From Acidimicrobiia bacterium (lineage in GTDB: Bacteria > Actinomycetota > Acidimicrobiia > Spongiisociales > UBA5794): DNA of 38,420 nucleotides. The stretch lies in NCBI GenBank assembly GCA_027036355.1, contig JALVQZ010000125.1:1-38420 (forward strand). The letters are read 5' to 3'. The notes under the pieces are model-generated. The model did no database searches, had not been told where the DNA came from, and was given only the letters and a program-made list of their open reading frames with translations. Positions 17,770-25,720 of the stretch are shown piece after piece (positions within the stretch are counted from its first letter, which is position 1; every line of letters starts with the position of its first letter). The position numbers were made by a program, and so were the translations under genes.

Positions 17770-18654
17770 TCATCGAAGGAAGTCGACGAGGGACGCCTGG
17801 CTCGATCGAGCGAACACCGCCATCGTCGTCTGGTAGGCGCTTTCCCTGAGCTTGAGATCCATGACCGCCTCGGAGATGTCGACGTCCTCGATCTGGGAGA
17901 GCTGACTGCGAAGCGTGTTGATCTCTTCCAGGAACCGATCCTGGGCGGCGTCGATGCGTCGTCCGGCCGATCCGAGGCGGGCGAGGGCGCCGAGGTTGCG
18001 TTCGAGGGCGGCGTCGATGTCGGCGATGGCGGCTCCCATCGCCGACTGATCGCCGGCCAACGCGGCCGCTTCGAAGTCGTCGAGCACCGTGAAGATGTCG
18101 GTGCCCGCGTTGAAGCCGAAGACGTCGTCCGCGGTGACGTTCACCTGGACGGTCTCGTCGTCGTCGATGCGACGCATCACCGCTCCCGTGTCGCCGGTGA
18201 AGGTCCACGTTCCGGCGATGTTGGTGACGGGGGCACCGGCCCCGAACCCGCCGAAGATGCGGCGGCCCTGGTGCTGGGCGTTGGCGATCTCGACGAGCTG
18301 GTCGCGGATCTCGGCCACCTCGATGGCGATGGCCTGCTGCTCCTCGGCCGATGCGAACGACGCCCCGGTCACGGCCAGTTCCTTGGCCCGTTGGAGCCGC
18401 TCGGACACCGTCTGCAGTTTCGAGTCCGCCACGTTGACCCACATCTCCCCGTCGGCCGCGTTCGTGGCGGCCTGCTCCTTGACGCGGAGCGCCGATCGCA
18501 GCTCCATCGCCTGGCTCATGCCGATCGGGTCGGCGGAGGGCCGATCGAACGACTTGCCGGTGGCGAGGCGCCGCTGCGCGTCGGCCACGGCCGACTGGCC
18601 GGCGCCCATCCGTCGGATGGCTTCGTTGAACTGCCAGCGGTGGGTGATCCTCAT
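17770..18654 (-). CDS. flgL: Hook-filament junction protein FlgL
   Basis: MRIT, LATGK...RPSADP, IEDVD..EA, SLVDFLR. Confidence 0.93.
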   Translation of the reverse strand: MRITHRWQFNEAIRRMGAGQSAVADAQRRLATGKSFDRPSADPIGMSQAMELRSALRVKEQAATNAADGEMWVNVADSKLQTVSERLQRAKELAVTGASFASAEEQQAIAIEVAEIRDQLVEIANAQHQGRRIFGGFGAGAPVTNIAGTWTFTGDTGAVMRRIDDDETVQVNVTADDVFGFNAGTDIFTVLDDFEAAALAGDQSAMGAAIADIDAALERNLGALARLGSAGRRIDAAQDRFLEEINTLRSQLSQIEDVDISEAVMDLKLRESAYQTTMAVFARSSQASLVDFLR

Positions 18655-18657
18655 GCG

Positions 18658-20019
18658 CTACCTCCCCACGAGCCCGGTCCGGTTGACGAGCGTGTCGAGG
18701 AGCTGATCGACGGCGGTCATGACCCGCGCCGCCGCTTCGTAGGAACGCTGGTACCGGATGAGGTCCGCCATCTCCTCGTCGAGGGACACGCCTTGGCGCG
18801 ACTCGCGGATGTTCTGAGCGGTGCGGAGCAGGTTCTGGGACGACTCGGCGTTGGTGGCCGCCAGCCGAGCGCGGCTGCCCACGTCGGTGACGACCTGGCG
18901 GAAGGCGCCGTCGATCGTCGTCGTTCCCGAGAGGGCGACCGCGGCGTCGCGGAGCGCCGCGATGGCGTCGGCGTTGGTGCCGTCGAAGGCCGGAACCGGC
19001 GGCCCGGGGTTGCCGGCGGCGGCGATCTGGGAAGGATCGGTGACGGCGACCGCGATGGTGGAGGCCGCCGCCCCCGGCGTGTAGGTCAGGAGGGGACCGC
19101 CGGCCGCTCCCGACGGGGTGAACCCTGCGGCGTGAGCGGCGTTGATGGCATCGGCCAGGTCGGCGGCGAAGGTGTCGAGGCCGGACATGAGCGCCGGAGC
19201 GTCGTTCGTGAGGAACTCGGCGTAGCCGGCCAGCGCCCCGCCGGGGTTCAACGGGTTGCCCGAGTCGTCGGTGAACGCGTAGGAACCGTCGACGGCGATC
19301 TGGTGGACGGTGCTGCCGTCGACGAGCGCCAGCCCGTTCAACGAGACCCGAACGGTTCCGTCGCCGTTGTCGCTGATCGCGACCCCGGCGAGTTCGGTGA
19401 GCCGGTCGAGGATCCGATCCCGGGAGTCGAGGAGGTCGTTGGGGGCGCCCACGGTGGCCGCATCGAGGATCTGCACGTTGAGCGGCCCGAGGTCGCGCAG
19501 GAGCGTGTTGACCTCACCGACGGTGTCGCGCAACTCGACGCCCGCCCGATCGATCTGGGCGGTCCACGAGCCAGCCAGGTCCCTGATCCGGGCGGTCACG
19601 GCGTCCATGGCCGCGATGGTGTCGAGGCGGGCCGCGGTGTCGGGCGGATCGAGCGCGAGCTGCTCGAACGACGCCCACAGATCCCCGAGGGCGCCGGTGA
19701 TCCCTCCCTCGGGCTCCATCGTCATCTCGTCCATGGTGCCCAGCAGTCCCGACATCGCGGCGAACCTCCCGGCGACCTCCGAGTTGGCCCACACCCGGCG
19801 ATCCGCGAACCGGTCCCGGGCTCGGGAGATGTCGATCACGTCGACCCCCGTGCCGATCGGGCCGACCGGGCTCTGGTAGGTGGAACGGCTCGCCAGTTCG
19901 ACACGCTGGCGGGTGTAGCCGGCGGTCCCGGCGTTGGCGACGTTGTTGGAGGCCGTGTCGGTGCCCGCCTGGGCGGCCTGGAGGGCGGAGAAGGCGGTGT
20001 AGAGGCTGATCATGCTCAT
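18658..20019 (-). CDS. flgK: Hook-filament junction protein FlgK
   Basis: SNNVANA.TAGYTRQRV, NDLLDSRD, GVSLDEEMADLIRYQRSYEAAARV. Confidence 0.95.
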   Translation of the reverse strand: MSMISLYTAFSALQAAQAGTDTASNNVANAGTAGYTRQRVELASRSTYQSPVGPIGTGVDVIDISRARDRFADRRVWANSEVAGRFAAMSGLLGTMDEMTMEPEGGITGALGDLWASFEQLALDPPDTAARLDTIAAMDAVTARIRDLAGSWTAQIDRAGVELRDTVGEVNTLLRDLGPLNVQILDAATVGAPNDLLDSRDRILDRLTELAGVAISDNGDGTVRVSLNGLALVDGSTVHQIAVDGSYAFTDDSGNPLNPGGALAGYAEFLTNDAPALMSGLDTFAADLADAINAAHAAGFTPSGAAGGPLLTYTPGAAASTIAVAVTDPSQIAAAGNPGPPVPAFDGTNADAIAALRDAAVALSGTTTIDGAFRQVVTDVGSRARLAATNAESSQNLLRTAQNIRESRQGVSLDEEMADLIRYQRSYEAAARVMTAVDQLLDTLVNRTGLVGR

Positions 20020-20537
20020 CAGAGCACCTCGTCGATCCGCGCCGGGTTCGCCTGTCGCTCGGAGCGGTGGCGACCGGAGGCGTCGTAGAGGCCCGGATCG
20101 CCGTCCCCGTCGGCGAGGATCCCGAAGCTGCCGCCGATCCCCGACAGGCCGAGGGTGGCCAGGCGTCGGTTCTCCTTGGTGACCGATTCGATCTCCCCGG
20201 TGAGGGCGAGGAAGCGGTTGCGATGGTCCTCGAACACCTCGCGCAGCTCCTCGGGTGCGTTGACGGCGAGGTAGGCGAGGGTCACCGACGCGGCGGGAAC
20301 ACCCCATTCGGCGGCGAGGCTCGAGACGATCTCCGCCCGGTCCGTCTCGGTCTTGCGGATCTCGGCGATGATCCGATCCACCTCCCCGATCGCCGGTGCG
20401 ATGAACCGCTGGTCGTCGGCGTTGAGCATGAGGTTGGCGGTCACCAGCTTGAACAGGAGGTACTCCATGAGACGGCGCTCGTACCACAGGATGTCTGCGA
20501 GACGCGTCAACTGCTGGAGGCGGAGCTGTGGATCCAT
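20019..20537 (-). CDS. flgN: Export chaperone FlgN (actinobacterial type)
   Basis: ILWYERRLMEYLLFKL, EDHR..FL; directly upstream of flgK. Confidence 0.85.
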   Translation of the reverse strand: MDPQLRLQQLTRLADILWYERRLMEYLLFKLVTANLMLNADDQRFIAPAIGEVDRIIAEIRKTETDRAEIVSSLAAEWGVPAASVTLAYLAVNAPEELREVFEDHRNRFLALTGEIESVTKENRRLATLGLSGIGGSFGILADGDGDPGLYDASGRHRSERQANPARIDEVL

Positions 20538-20545
20538 CGTGGTTC

Positions 20546-20572
20546 CGGTCGGCCGTCGAGACCGCCGCTTAA
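20546..20572 (-). promoter_or_regulatory. sigma28-type promoter for flgN-flgK-flgL-fliW-csrA
   Basis: Minus strand cTTAA-N15-GCCGACCG, 8 nt before the flgN ATG. Confidence 0.7.
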
Positions 20573-20609
20573 GGAGGAACGGGGCGCCGCAGGGACGTTG
20601 CTCCTTAAG
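20568..20609. repeat. 14-bp inverted repeat spanning both divergent -35 elements
   Basis: CTTAAGGAGGAACG-N14-CGTTGCTCCTTAAG, 13/14 match. Confidence 0.8.
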
Positions 20610-20631
20610 TTCGGCGGCGAGCTGCCGAGGT
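20605..20631 (+). promoter_or_regulatory. sigma28-type promoter for degenerate GGDEF gene
   Basis: cTTAA-N15-GCCGAGGT. Confidence 0.65.
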
Positions 20632-20645
20632 AGGTAGAGGTATAT

Positions 20646-20672
20646 CGATGGAACGTGCCGTCACGGAACGGC
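20646..20672 (+). promoter_or_regulatory. CsrA-type sites in GGDEF leader
   Basis: CG-ATGGAA-CG (weak stem) and GCCGT-CACGGA-ACGGC (20657-20672). Confidence 0.55.
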
Positions 20673-20691
20673 CGAGCTCAGGGGAGTCGAC

Positions 20692-21348
20692 ATGAACGGT
20701 GGAACGAACGGACCCGCGGGGATCCCGATGAACGGATCCACCGCCTCGGCCCAGGAGGCGATGGAACGGATCGCCGCGCTCGAGGAGATCATCGCCGGCC
20801 AGCGGGCCGAACTCGGTCTGCTCCGCCTGCAGCTCGAGATGCTGTCCGCGACCGATGTGATCACGGGCCTGCCCAACTTGACCGGCATCATGCAGACCCT
20901 CGAGAAGCAGCTCGCTCGCCATCGTCGGACGGCCGAGCCGTTCGGGATCATGCTGATCGAAGCCGACGGCATCGAAACGACCGAGGGCGCGGGCCAAGAG
21001 GCCCTCCACGACGCGTTGCGCCACTGCGGAGCGATGATCTCGGCGGCGCTGCGCCAGTCCGATACGGTCGGGCGGATCGACGAGCGGACCTTCGCCGCCG
21101 TCCTGCCCGATCTGAGCCGCGACGGTGCGGGCGTGGTGATGGGCAGGATCGACGCCAACCTCCGGACGATGCCTCCCGGCCCGATCGACGCCCCGACCCG
21201 CCTCACCCCGCGTCTGTCGGTCGTGCTGATCGACGGCGCCTTCGCCGGCGACGCCACCGATCTGATGGAGGGCATCAACCGCCTCCGCGTCGAGGCGAAG
21301 CCCGGAGAGCCCACGATCATCGAATCGTCGGACCTCGCCGCCTCCTGA
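20692..21348 (+). CDS. Degenerate GGDEF-domain protein (GGDEF changed to DERTF) with intact RxxD I-site
   Basis: Coiled coil, then TDVITGLPN, and RQSD-TVGRI-DERTF-AAVLP. Confidence 0.85.
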   Translation: MNGGTNGPAGIPMNGSTASAQEAMERIAALEEIIAGQRAELGLLRLQLEMLSATDVITGLPNLTGIMQTLEKQLARHRRTAEPFGIMLIEADGIETTEGAGQEALHDALRHCGAMISAALRQSDTVGRIDERTFAAVLPDLSRDGAGVVMGRIDANLRTMPPGPIDAPTRLTPRLSVVLIDGAFAGDATDLMEGINRLRVEAKPGEPTIIESSDLAAS

Positions 21349-21455
21349 CCGACGCGAGGCATCGGAGACCGTCTCGACGGTCGTGCGTTCCTGGTCACGG
21401 CCGGCCCGCCGCGGGTGCCGGCGACCGTGGTCGCCTCCTCGCCCCACGTTTCCGC

Positions 21456-21482
21456 TTAACCGGCCGTGGTGACGGCCGACGG
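21456..21482 (+). promoter_or_regulatory. sigma28-type promoter upstream of flgE
   Basis: cTTAA-N15-GCCGACGG. Confidence 0.7.
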
Positions 21483-21497
21483 GACCCGGCGAGCGGA

Positions 21498-21591
21498 ACG
21501 GAAGACCGGCCGCACGCTCGTACCAGCAGCGCTCCACGGATCGGAGCCGATCCTCTCTAGGGACGGAGACGACCATCACGAAGGAGTGATG
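21498..21591 (+). promoter_or_regulatory. Tandem CsrA-type ANGGA hairpins in flgE leader
   Basis: ACGGA 21498; GCTCC-ACGGATC-GGAGC 21531-21547; TCTC-TAGGGACG-GAGA 21554-21569; CATCAC-GAAGGA-GTGATG 21574-21591 enclosing the SD. Confidence 0.72.
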
Positions 21592-21596
21592 CGCCG

Positions 21597-22823
21597 ATGA
21601 TGCGATCGATGTTCTCCGGGGTCTCCGGATTGCGGTCCAACCAGACGATGATGGATGTGGTCGGCCACAACATCGCCAACGTCAACACCGCCGGTTTCAA
21701 GTCCTCCCAGGTCACGTTCGAGGAAGCGCTCGCCCAGACGCTCGGCGGCCCGTCGGGCGCCGGCGTCAACCGCGGCGGGACGAACCCCATCCAGATGGGT
21801 CTCGGCGTGAAGATCGCGTCGACCGACGCCGTCTTCACGCAGGGGGCGACGCAGGTCACGGGCCGGCCCACCGACCTGGCCATCCAGGGCGACGGGTTCT
21901 TCGTGCTCGAAGGCGGCGGCGAACGGGTCTACACGCGGGCCGGCACGTTCCGGTTCGACGAGGTGGGCAACATCGTCGCCCCCGGCGGCATGATGGTCCT
22001 CGGCTGGACCGCCGACGGCGCCGGCAACATCGACAACCAGGTGGCGGTCGCGCCGATCACCCTTCCGCTGACCCAGGTCATCGAGCCGAACCTCACCACG
22101 CTCGTCGAGGTGGGTGGCAACCTGTCCGCCGACACGGCCGTCGGCGACGTGCACCGCACCTCGATCGACATCATCGACAGCCTCGGCGAGTCGAGGAACC
22201 TGCTGATCGAGTTCCAGAAGACCGCAGCCAACGACTGGGACGTGTCGGCCACCGTGGACGGCAACGCCGTGACGCTGTCGACCGCCTCGATCAGCTTCAA
22301 CCCGGACGGATCGCTCGCCGGACCCACCAGCTTCACGGTGTCGGGCTACACGCCCCCCGGCGCGAACCCGCTGAACTTCACGGTGGAGCTCGCCGGGAGC
22401 GCGCCGCTCCTCCAGTACGGCGGCGTGGCCAACGCCGAGGCCGTCAACCAGGACGGCAACCCGATCGGGTTCCTGAGGGACTTCTCGATCGGCGCCGACG
22501 GATCGATCAACGGGGTGTTCTCCAACGGAGAGGCCAAGCTCCTTGCCCAGATCGCCACGGCGACGTTCAACAACCCGTCGGGTCTCGTTCGCAACGGCGA
22601 ATCCCACTTCGCCGCCTCGGTGAACTCCGGTCAGGCCTTGATCGGCGTCCCCGGGGGCGGAGGCAAGGGCACGATCGCCGCCGGTGCCCTCGAGATGAGC
22701 AACGTGGACCTCGCCCAGGAGTTCACCAACCTGATCATCGCCCAGCGCGGGTTCCAGGCCAACTCCAGGATCATCACCGCCAGCGACGAGGTCCTGGCCG
22801 ATCTGGTCAACATGAAGCGATGA
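21597..22823 (+). CDS. flgE: Flagellar hook protein FlgE
   Basis: MRSMFSGVSGL, NIANVNTAGFK, DLAIQGDGFF, YTRAG.F, LEMSNVDLAQEFTNLIIAQRGFQANSR. Confidence 0.96.
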   Translation: MMRSMFSGVSGLRSNQTMMDVVGHNIANVNTAGFKSSQVTFEEALAQTLGGPSGAGVNRGGTNPIQMGLGVKIASTDAVFTQGATQVTGRPTDLAIQGDGFFVLEGGGERVYTRAGTFRFDEVGNIVAPGGMMVLGWTADGAGNIDNQVAVAPITLPLTQVIEPNLTTLVEVGGNLSADTAVGDVHRTSIDIIDSLGESRNLLIEFQKTAANDWDVSATVDGNAVTLSTASISFNPDGSLAGPTSFTVSGYTPPGANPLNFTVELAGSAPLLQYGGVANAEAVNQDGNPIGFLRDFSIGADGSINGVFSNGEAKLLAQIATATFNNPSGLVRNGESHFAASVNSGQALIGVPGGGGKGTIAAGALEMSNVDLAQEFTNLIIAQRGFQANSRIITASDEVLADLVNMKR

Positions 22824-22854
22824 TCTCGATCTCGACCCTTGATGGGAGGCACGC

Positions 22855-23100
22855 ATGATCACCGTCCACCGGCTGCGAGGAGAAGAGATCTTCCTCAACG
22901 CCGACTTGATCGAGTCGATCGAGCGGACGCCCGACACGGTCGTCACGCTCATCGACGGCCGCCGCATCGTGGTGGCCGACGATCCGGACGACATCGCTCG
23001 TCGGGTCGTGGCCTACCGGGGCGCGATCCTCGCTTCGGCCGAGGACATGCGATCCGGTGGTCGGCCTTCCCTCGTGATGGTCGAGGGAGGTGACGAATGA
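22855..23100 (+). CDS. flbD: Flagellar FlbD family protein, copy 2
   Basis: 35 of the first 64 residues identical to 3852-4115 by manual alignment. Confidence 0.9.
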   Translation: MITVHRLRGEEIFLNADLIESIERTPDTVVTLIDGRRIVVADDPDDIARRVVAYRGAILASAEDMRSGGRPSLVMVEGGDE

Positions 23101-23519
23101 GCGAGCACGTGCTGATCATCGACGACGACGAGGACTTCGCCCGGCTCCTGTCGGTGTACCTGAGCCGGGCGGGGTTCCGCACGACGATCGCCCCCGACGG
23201 GATCCAGGGTCAGATGGCGGCCAACCGGTCCCGCCCCGACGTGATCGTCCTGGACTACCAGATGCCGGCCGCGTCGGGGGTCACCGTCGCCGCTCGCCTC
23301 CGGCGCTCCACGCTCACCGGAGGGATCCCGGTGGTCATGTTGACCGGGCACAAGACCCAGACCCTCACCAGCACGGCGATGGCCGCCGGCGTCGCCGCGG
23401 TGGTGTCGAAGAACGACCTCACCGAGGACCTCCTGCTGCGCACCTTGCGGACCGCACTCGACGGGAACATGGGAACGTCCGTCGACCTCGACGCCCTGTT
23501 CCCGATCGATGTCACCTGA
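23097..23519 (+). CDS. Single-domain response regulator (CheY-like)
   Basis: IIDDD, LDYQMP phosphoacceptor, MLT, and K in VSKN. Confidence 0.9.
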   Translation: MSEHVLIIDDDEDFARLLSVYLSRAGFRTTIAPDGIQGQMAANRSRPDVIVLDYQMPAASGVTVAARLRRSTLTGGIPVVMLTGHKTQTLTSTAMAAGVAAVVSKNDLTEDLLLRTLRTALDGNMGTSVDLDALFPIDVT

Positions 23520-24594
23520 ACGGCCTCGACCGATGTCGCTGTTCCCTCTCGGGGTGGCGGCGTTCGCGGCGGGGGTGGCGATCACCGCGGTTCCGGGATC
23601 GACGCCGGTCGCGCTGCGGGTGGCGACCTTGGCGGTGTTCGTCGCCGCCTATGTGTGGGCGGCGTCGGTCGAGATCATCGTCCGGCAGCGGTCCGGTGGA
23701 GATCGCCGCTGGTCGGTGCTCCCGCGGCCGGTCCTCGACAGCGTGGTGGACGCGCATCTGGCCACCCGGGCCCACGAGGACGCCCTTCGTTCCGCCATCC
23801 AGCGGGAGCGCATCGCCGGCCTGGAGCTCGAGATCCGGGCTGCGGCCGCGGCGGAGGCACAGCGCCGTGTCGAGGAGCTCAACGCGGAACTCGAGGCGTT
23901 CACGTTCTCCGCATCGCACGACCTGGCCGTCCCTCTCAAGACGATCCGGGCGTTCGTCGCGCTCTTGGAGGAATCGGACGGCCATCGCCTGGGTGAGGAG
24001 GGACGCGAGTACCTCGCTCGGGTGGGCAACATCGCGGCCCGGATGGAGGAGCTGATCGGCGACCTGCTGTCGCTGGCGAGGATGCGGCGCGACGCCGACC
24101 CCGAACCGGCGCTCGTCGACGTGCGTGGCCTCGTCGACGAGGTCGCCGGCGACGTGGAACGAGCCGTCGGCAAGCCCATCGACGTCCGGGTGGTGGGCGA
24201 CGTCGCCGAGCTGCTGGCTCCGCCATCGCGGCTGCGAGCCATCCTGCAGAACCTCATCCACAACGGCGCCAAGTACAACGACCACGAGCGGCCGTCGATC
24301 AGGGTGCTCGTGGACGCCGGGGACCGGTTCGCGTCGCTGGTGATCATGGACGACGGCATCGGGGTGGCCGAGGGCGACCGGGAACGGATCTTCGAGCTGT
24401 TCGTCAGAGGCACGGACCATCTCGGGCTGCCGGGAACCGGCGCCGGCCTGGCGATCGCCCGGCGCGCCGCTCGATCCCTCGGCGGCGACCTCTGGTTGGA
24501 GACGACCGGACCGGAGGGAACCACCTTCTGTCTCACCATCCCCCGAACGGCGGTCCCCGAGCACGGGGCCGGCCGGCCGGCGTCGGTCGCTTGA
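23509..24594 (+). CDS. Membrane sensor histidine kinase
   Basis: Two TMs, H-box SHDLAVPL, N-box NLIHNGAKY, DDGIG, F.R, GAGL; start may be the ATG at 23533. Confidence 0.9.
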   Translation: MSPERPRPMSLFPLGVAAFAAGVAITAVPGSTPVALRVATLAVFVAAYVWAASVEIIVRQRSGGDRRWSVLPRPVLDSVVDAHLATRAHEDALRSAIQRERIAGLELEIRAAAAAEAQRRVEELNAELEAFTFSASHDLAVPLKTIRAFVALLEESDGHRLGEEGREYLARVGNIAARMEELIGDLLSLARMRRDADPEPALVDVRGLVDEVAGDVERAVGKPIDVRVVGDVAELLAPPSRLRAILQNLIHNGAKYNDHERPSIRVLVDAGDRFASLVIMDDGIGVAEGDRERIFELFVRGTDHLGLPGTGAGLAIARRAARSLGGDLWLETTGPEGTTFCLTIPRTAVPEHGAGRPASVA

Positions 24595-25712
24595 ACCCGG
24601 TGACCGAGCGGACCCCGGAGAGTCCTCAAGGCCTCGAGGGACCTGCCGACGGGTACGCCGCTATGGATCGGAGACACAAGACCATCATCCGTGGGGTCCT
24701 GATCGGGTTCCTGGTCGGGTCGATCTTCCCCCTCGTCGCCCTCGTCGTCGGCAGCGCCACCACCGGATCGGCCTCCATCGTCGACCTCCGGCGCGCCCAG
24801 CCGGTCACGTGGATCATCGACTTCTTCCCGTTCGCCCTCGCCGCCCTCGGTGGGCTCCTGGCCAGCGCCTCGTTCCGTTTCCGGGTCCTCGAGGAGCACA
24901 CCGAGGAGATCGCCCACCGGGTGATCGAGGAGTGGACGACCCAGATCCACGACACCAACGCCGAGATCGCCCGCTCCGCCCAATCCCAGGCGAAGTTCTT
25001 CGCCGCCCTGTCCCACGACATGCGGACGCCGCTGTCGGCCATCATCGGGTTCTCGACGCTCATCGAGGAGGAGGAGCAGGACCCCGAACTCGTGCGGGCC
25101 ATGGCCAGCGACATCCGGTCGTCGGCGACCCAGGTCCTCACCATGGTCAACGACCTCCTCGACGCCGCCCGGATGGACTCGGGGAAGATCGACATCGAGG
25201 TCGTCGACGTCGACACCGAGCAGATGATCAAGGACATCGCCAGGCACATGGGACCCCTCGCGGACGAGAAGCACCTGGACATGTCGCTCGATCTCGAACC
25301 GGGCGTCGAGTGTCGGGCCGATCCGCAGCGCCTCCGTCAGATCCTGATCAACCTCCTGTCCAACGCCGTGAAGTACACCGACGAAGGCGGCATCTGGATC
25401 CGGACCCGCTCGGTCGCCCGCAAGGTCTTCGTGGAGGTCCAGGACAGCGGTGCGGGCATCGCGCCGGAGGACGTGCCCGCGGTCTTCACCCCCTTCGAGC
25501 AGACCACCGTCGCCCAGCAGCGGGTCGACTCGACCGGCCTCGGGTTGCCCATCTCGCTGGGGCTGGCCCAGGCGATGGGTGGCACCATCGAGTTCCACTC
25601 GGAAGGCCCGGGGAAGGGCAGCACGTTCACGCTGATCCTCCCGGCGGCGACGGGCGAGGAAGCCGAGCCGCGGGTCGCCACCCTTCCCACCCTCGTGTCC
25701 TCGGCGGCGTGA
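24591..25712 (+). CDS. Membrane sensor histidine kinase
   Basis: Two TMs, SHDMRTPL, RLRQILINLLSNAVKYT, DSGAGI, TGLGL, GKGSTF; start (TTG vs later ATG) uncertain. Confidence 0.92.
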   Translation: MNPVTERTPESPQGLEGPADGYAAMDRRHKTIIRGVLIGFLVGSIFPLVALVVGSATTGSASIVDLRRAQPVTWIIDFFPFALAALGGLLASASFRFRVLEEHTEEIAHRVIEEWTTQIHDTNAEIARSAQSQAKFFAALSHDMRTPLSAIIGFSTLIEEEEQDPELVRAMASDIRSSATQVLTMVNDLLDAARMDSGKIDIEVVDVDTEQMIKDIARHMGPLADEKHLDMSLDLEPGVECRADPQRLRQILINLLSNAVKYTDEGGIWIRTRSVARKVFVEVQDSGAGIAPEDVPAVFTPFEQTTVAQQRVDSTGLGLPISLGLAQAMGGTIEFHSEGPGKGSTFTLILPAATGEEAEPRVATLPTLVSSAA

Positions 25713-25720
25713 CGGCCGCC

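Noticed and set aside
20581-20691. c-di-GMP riboswitch here or in the other intergenic gaps
   Set aside because: No GEMM core (GCAAAC / GNRA / GACGCAAA) found by eye; gaps are explained by promoters and ANGGA hairpins. An Rfam scan would settle it
20692-21348. Active diguanylate cyclase
   Set aside because: Catalytic GG(D/E)EF and metal-binding residues are absent
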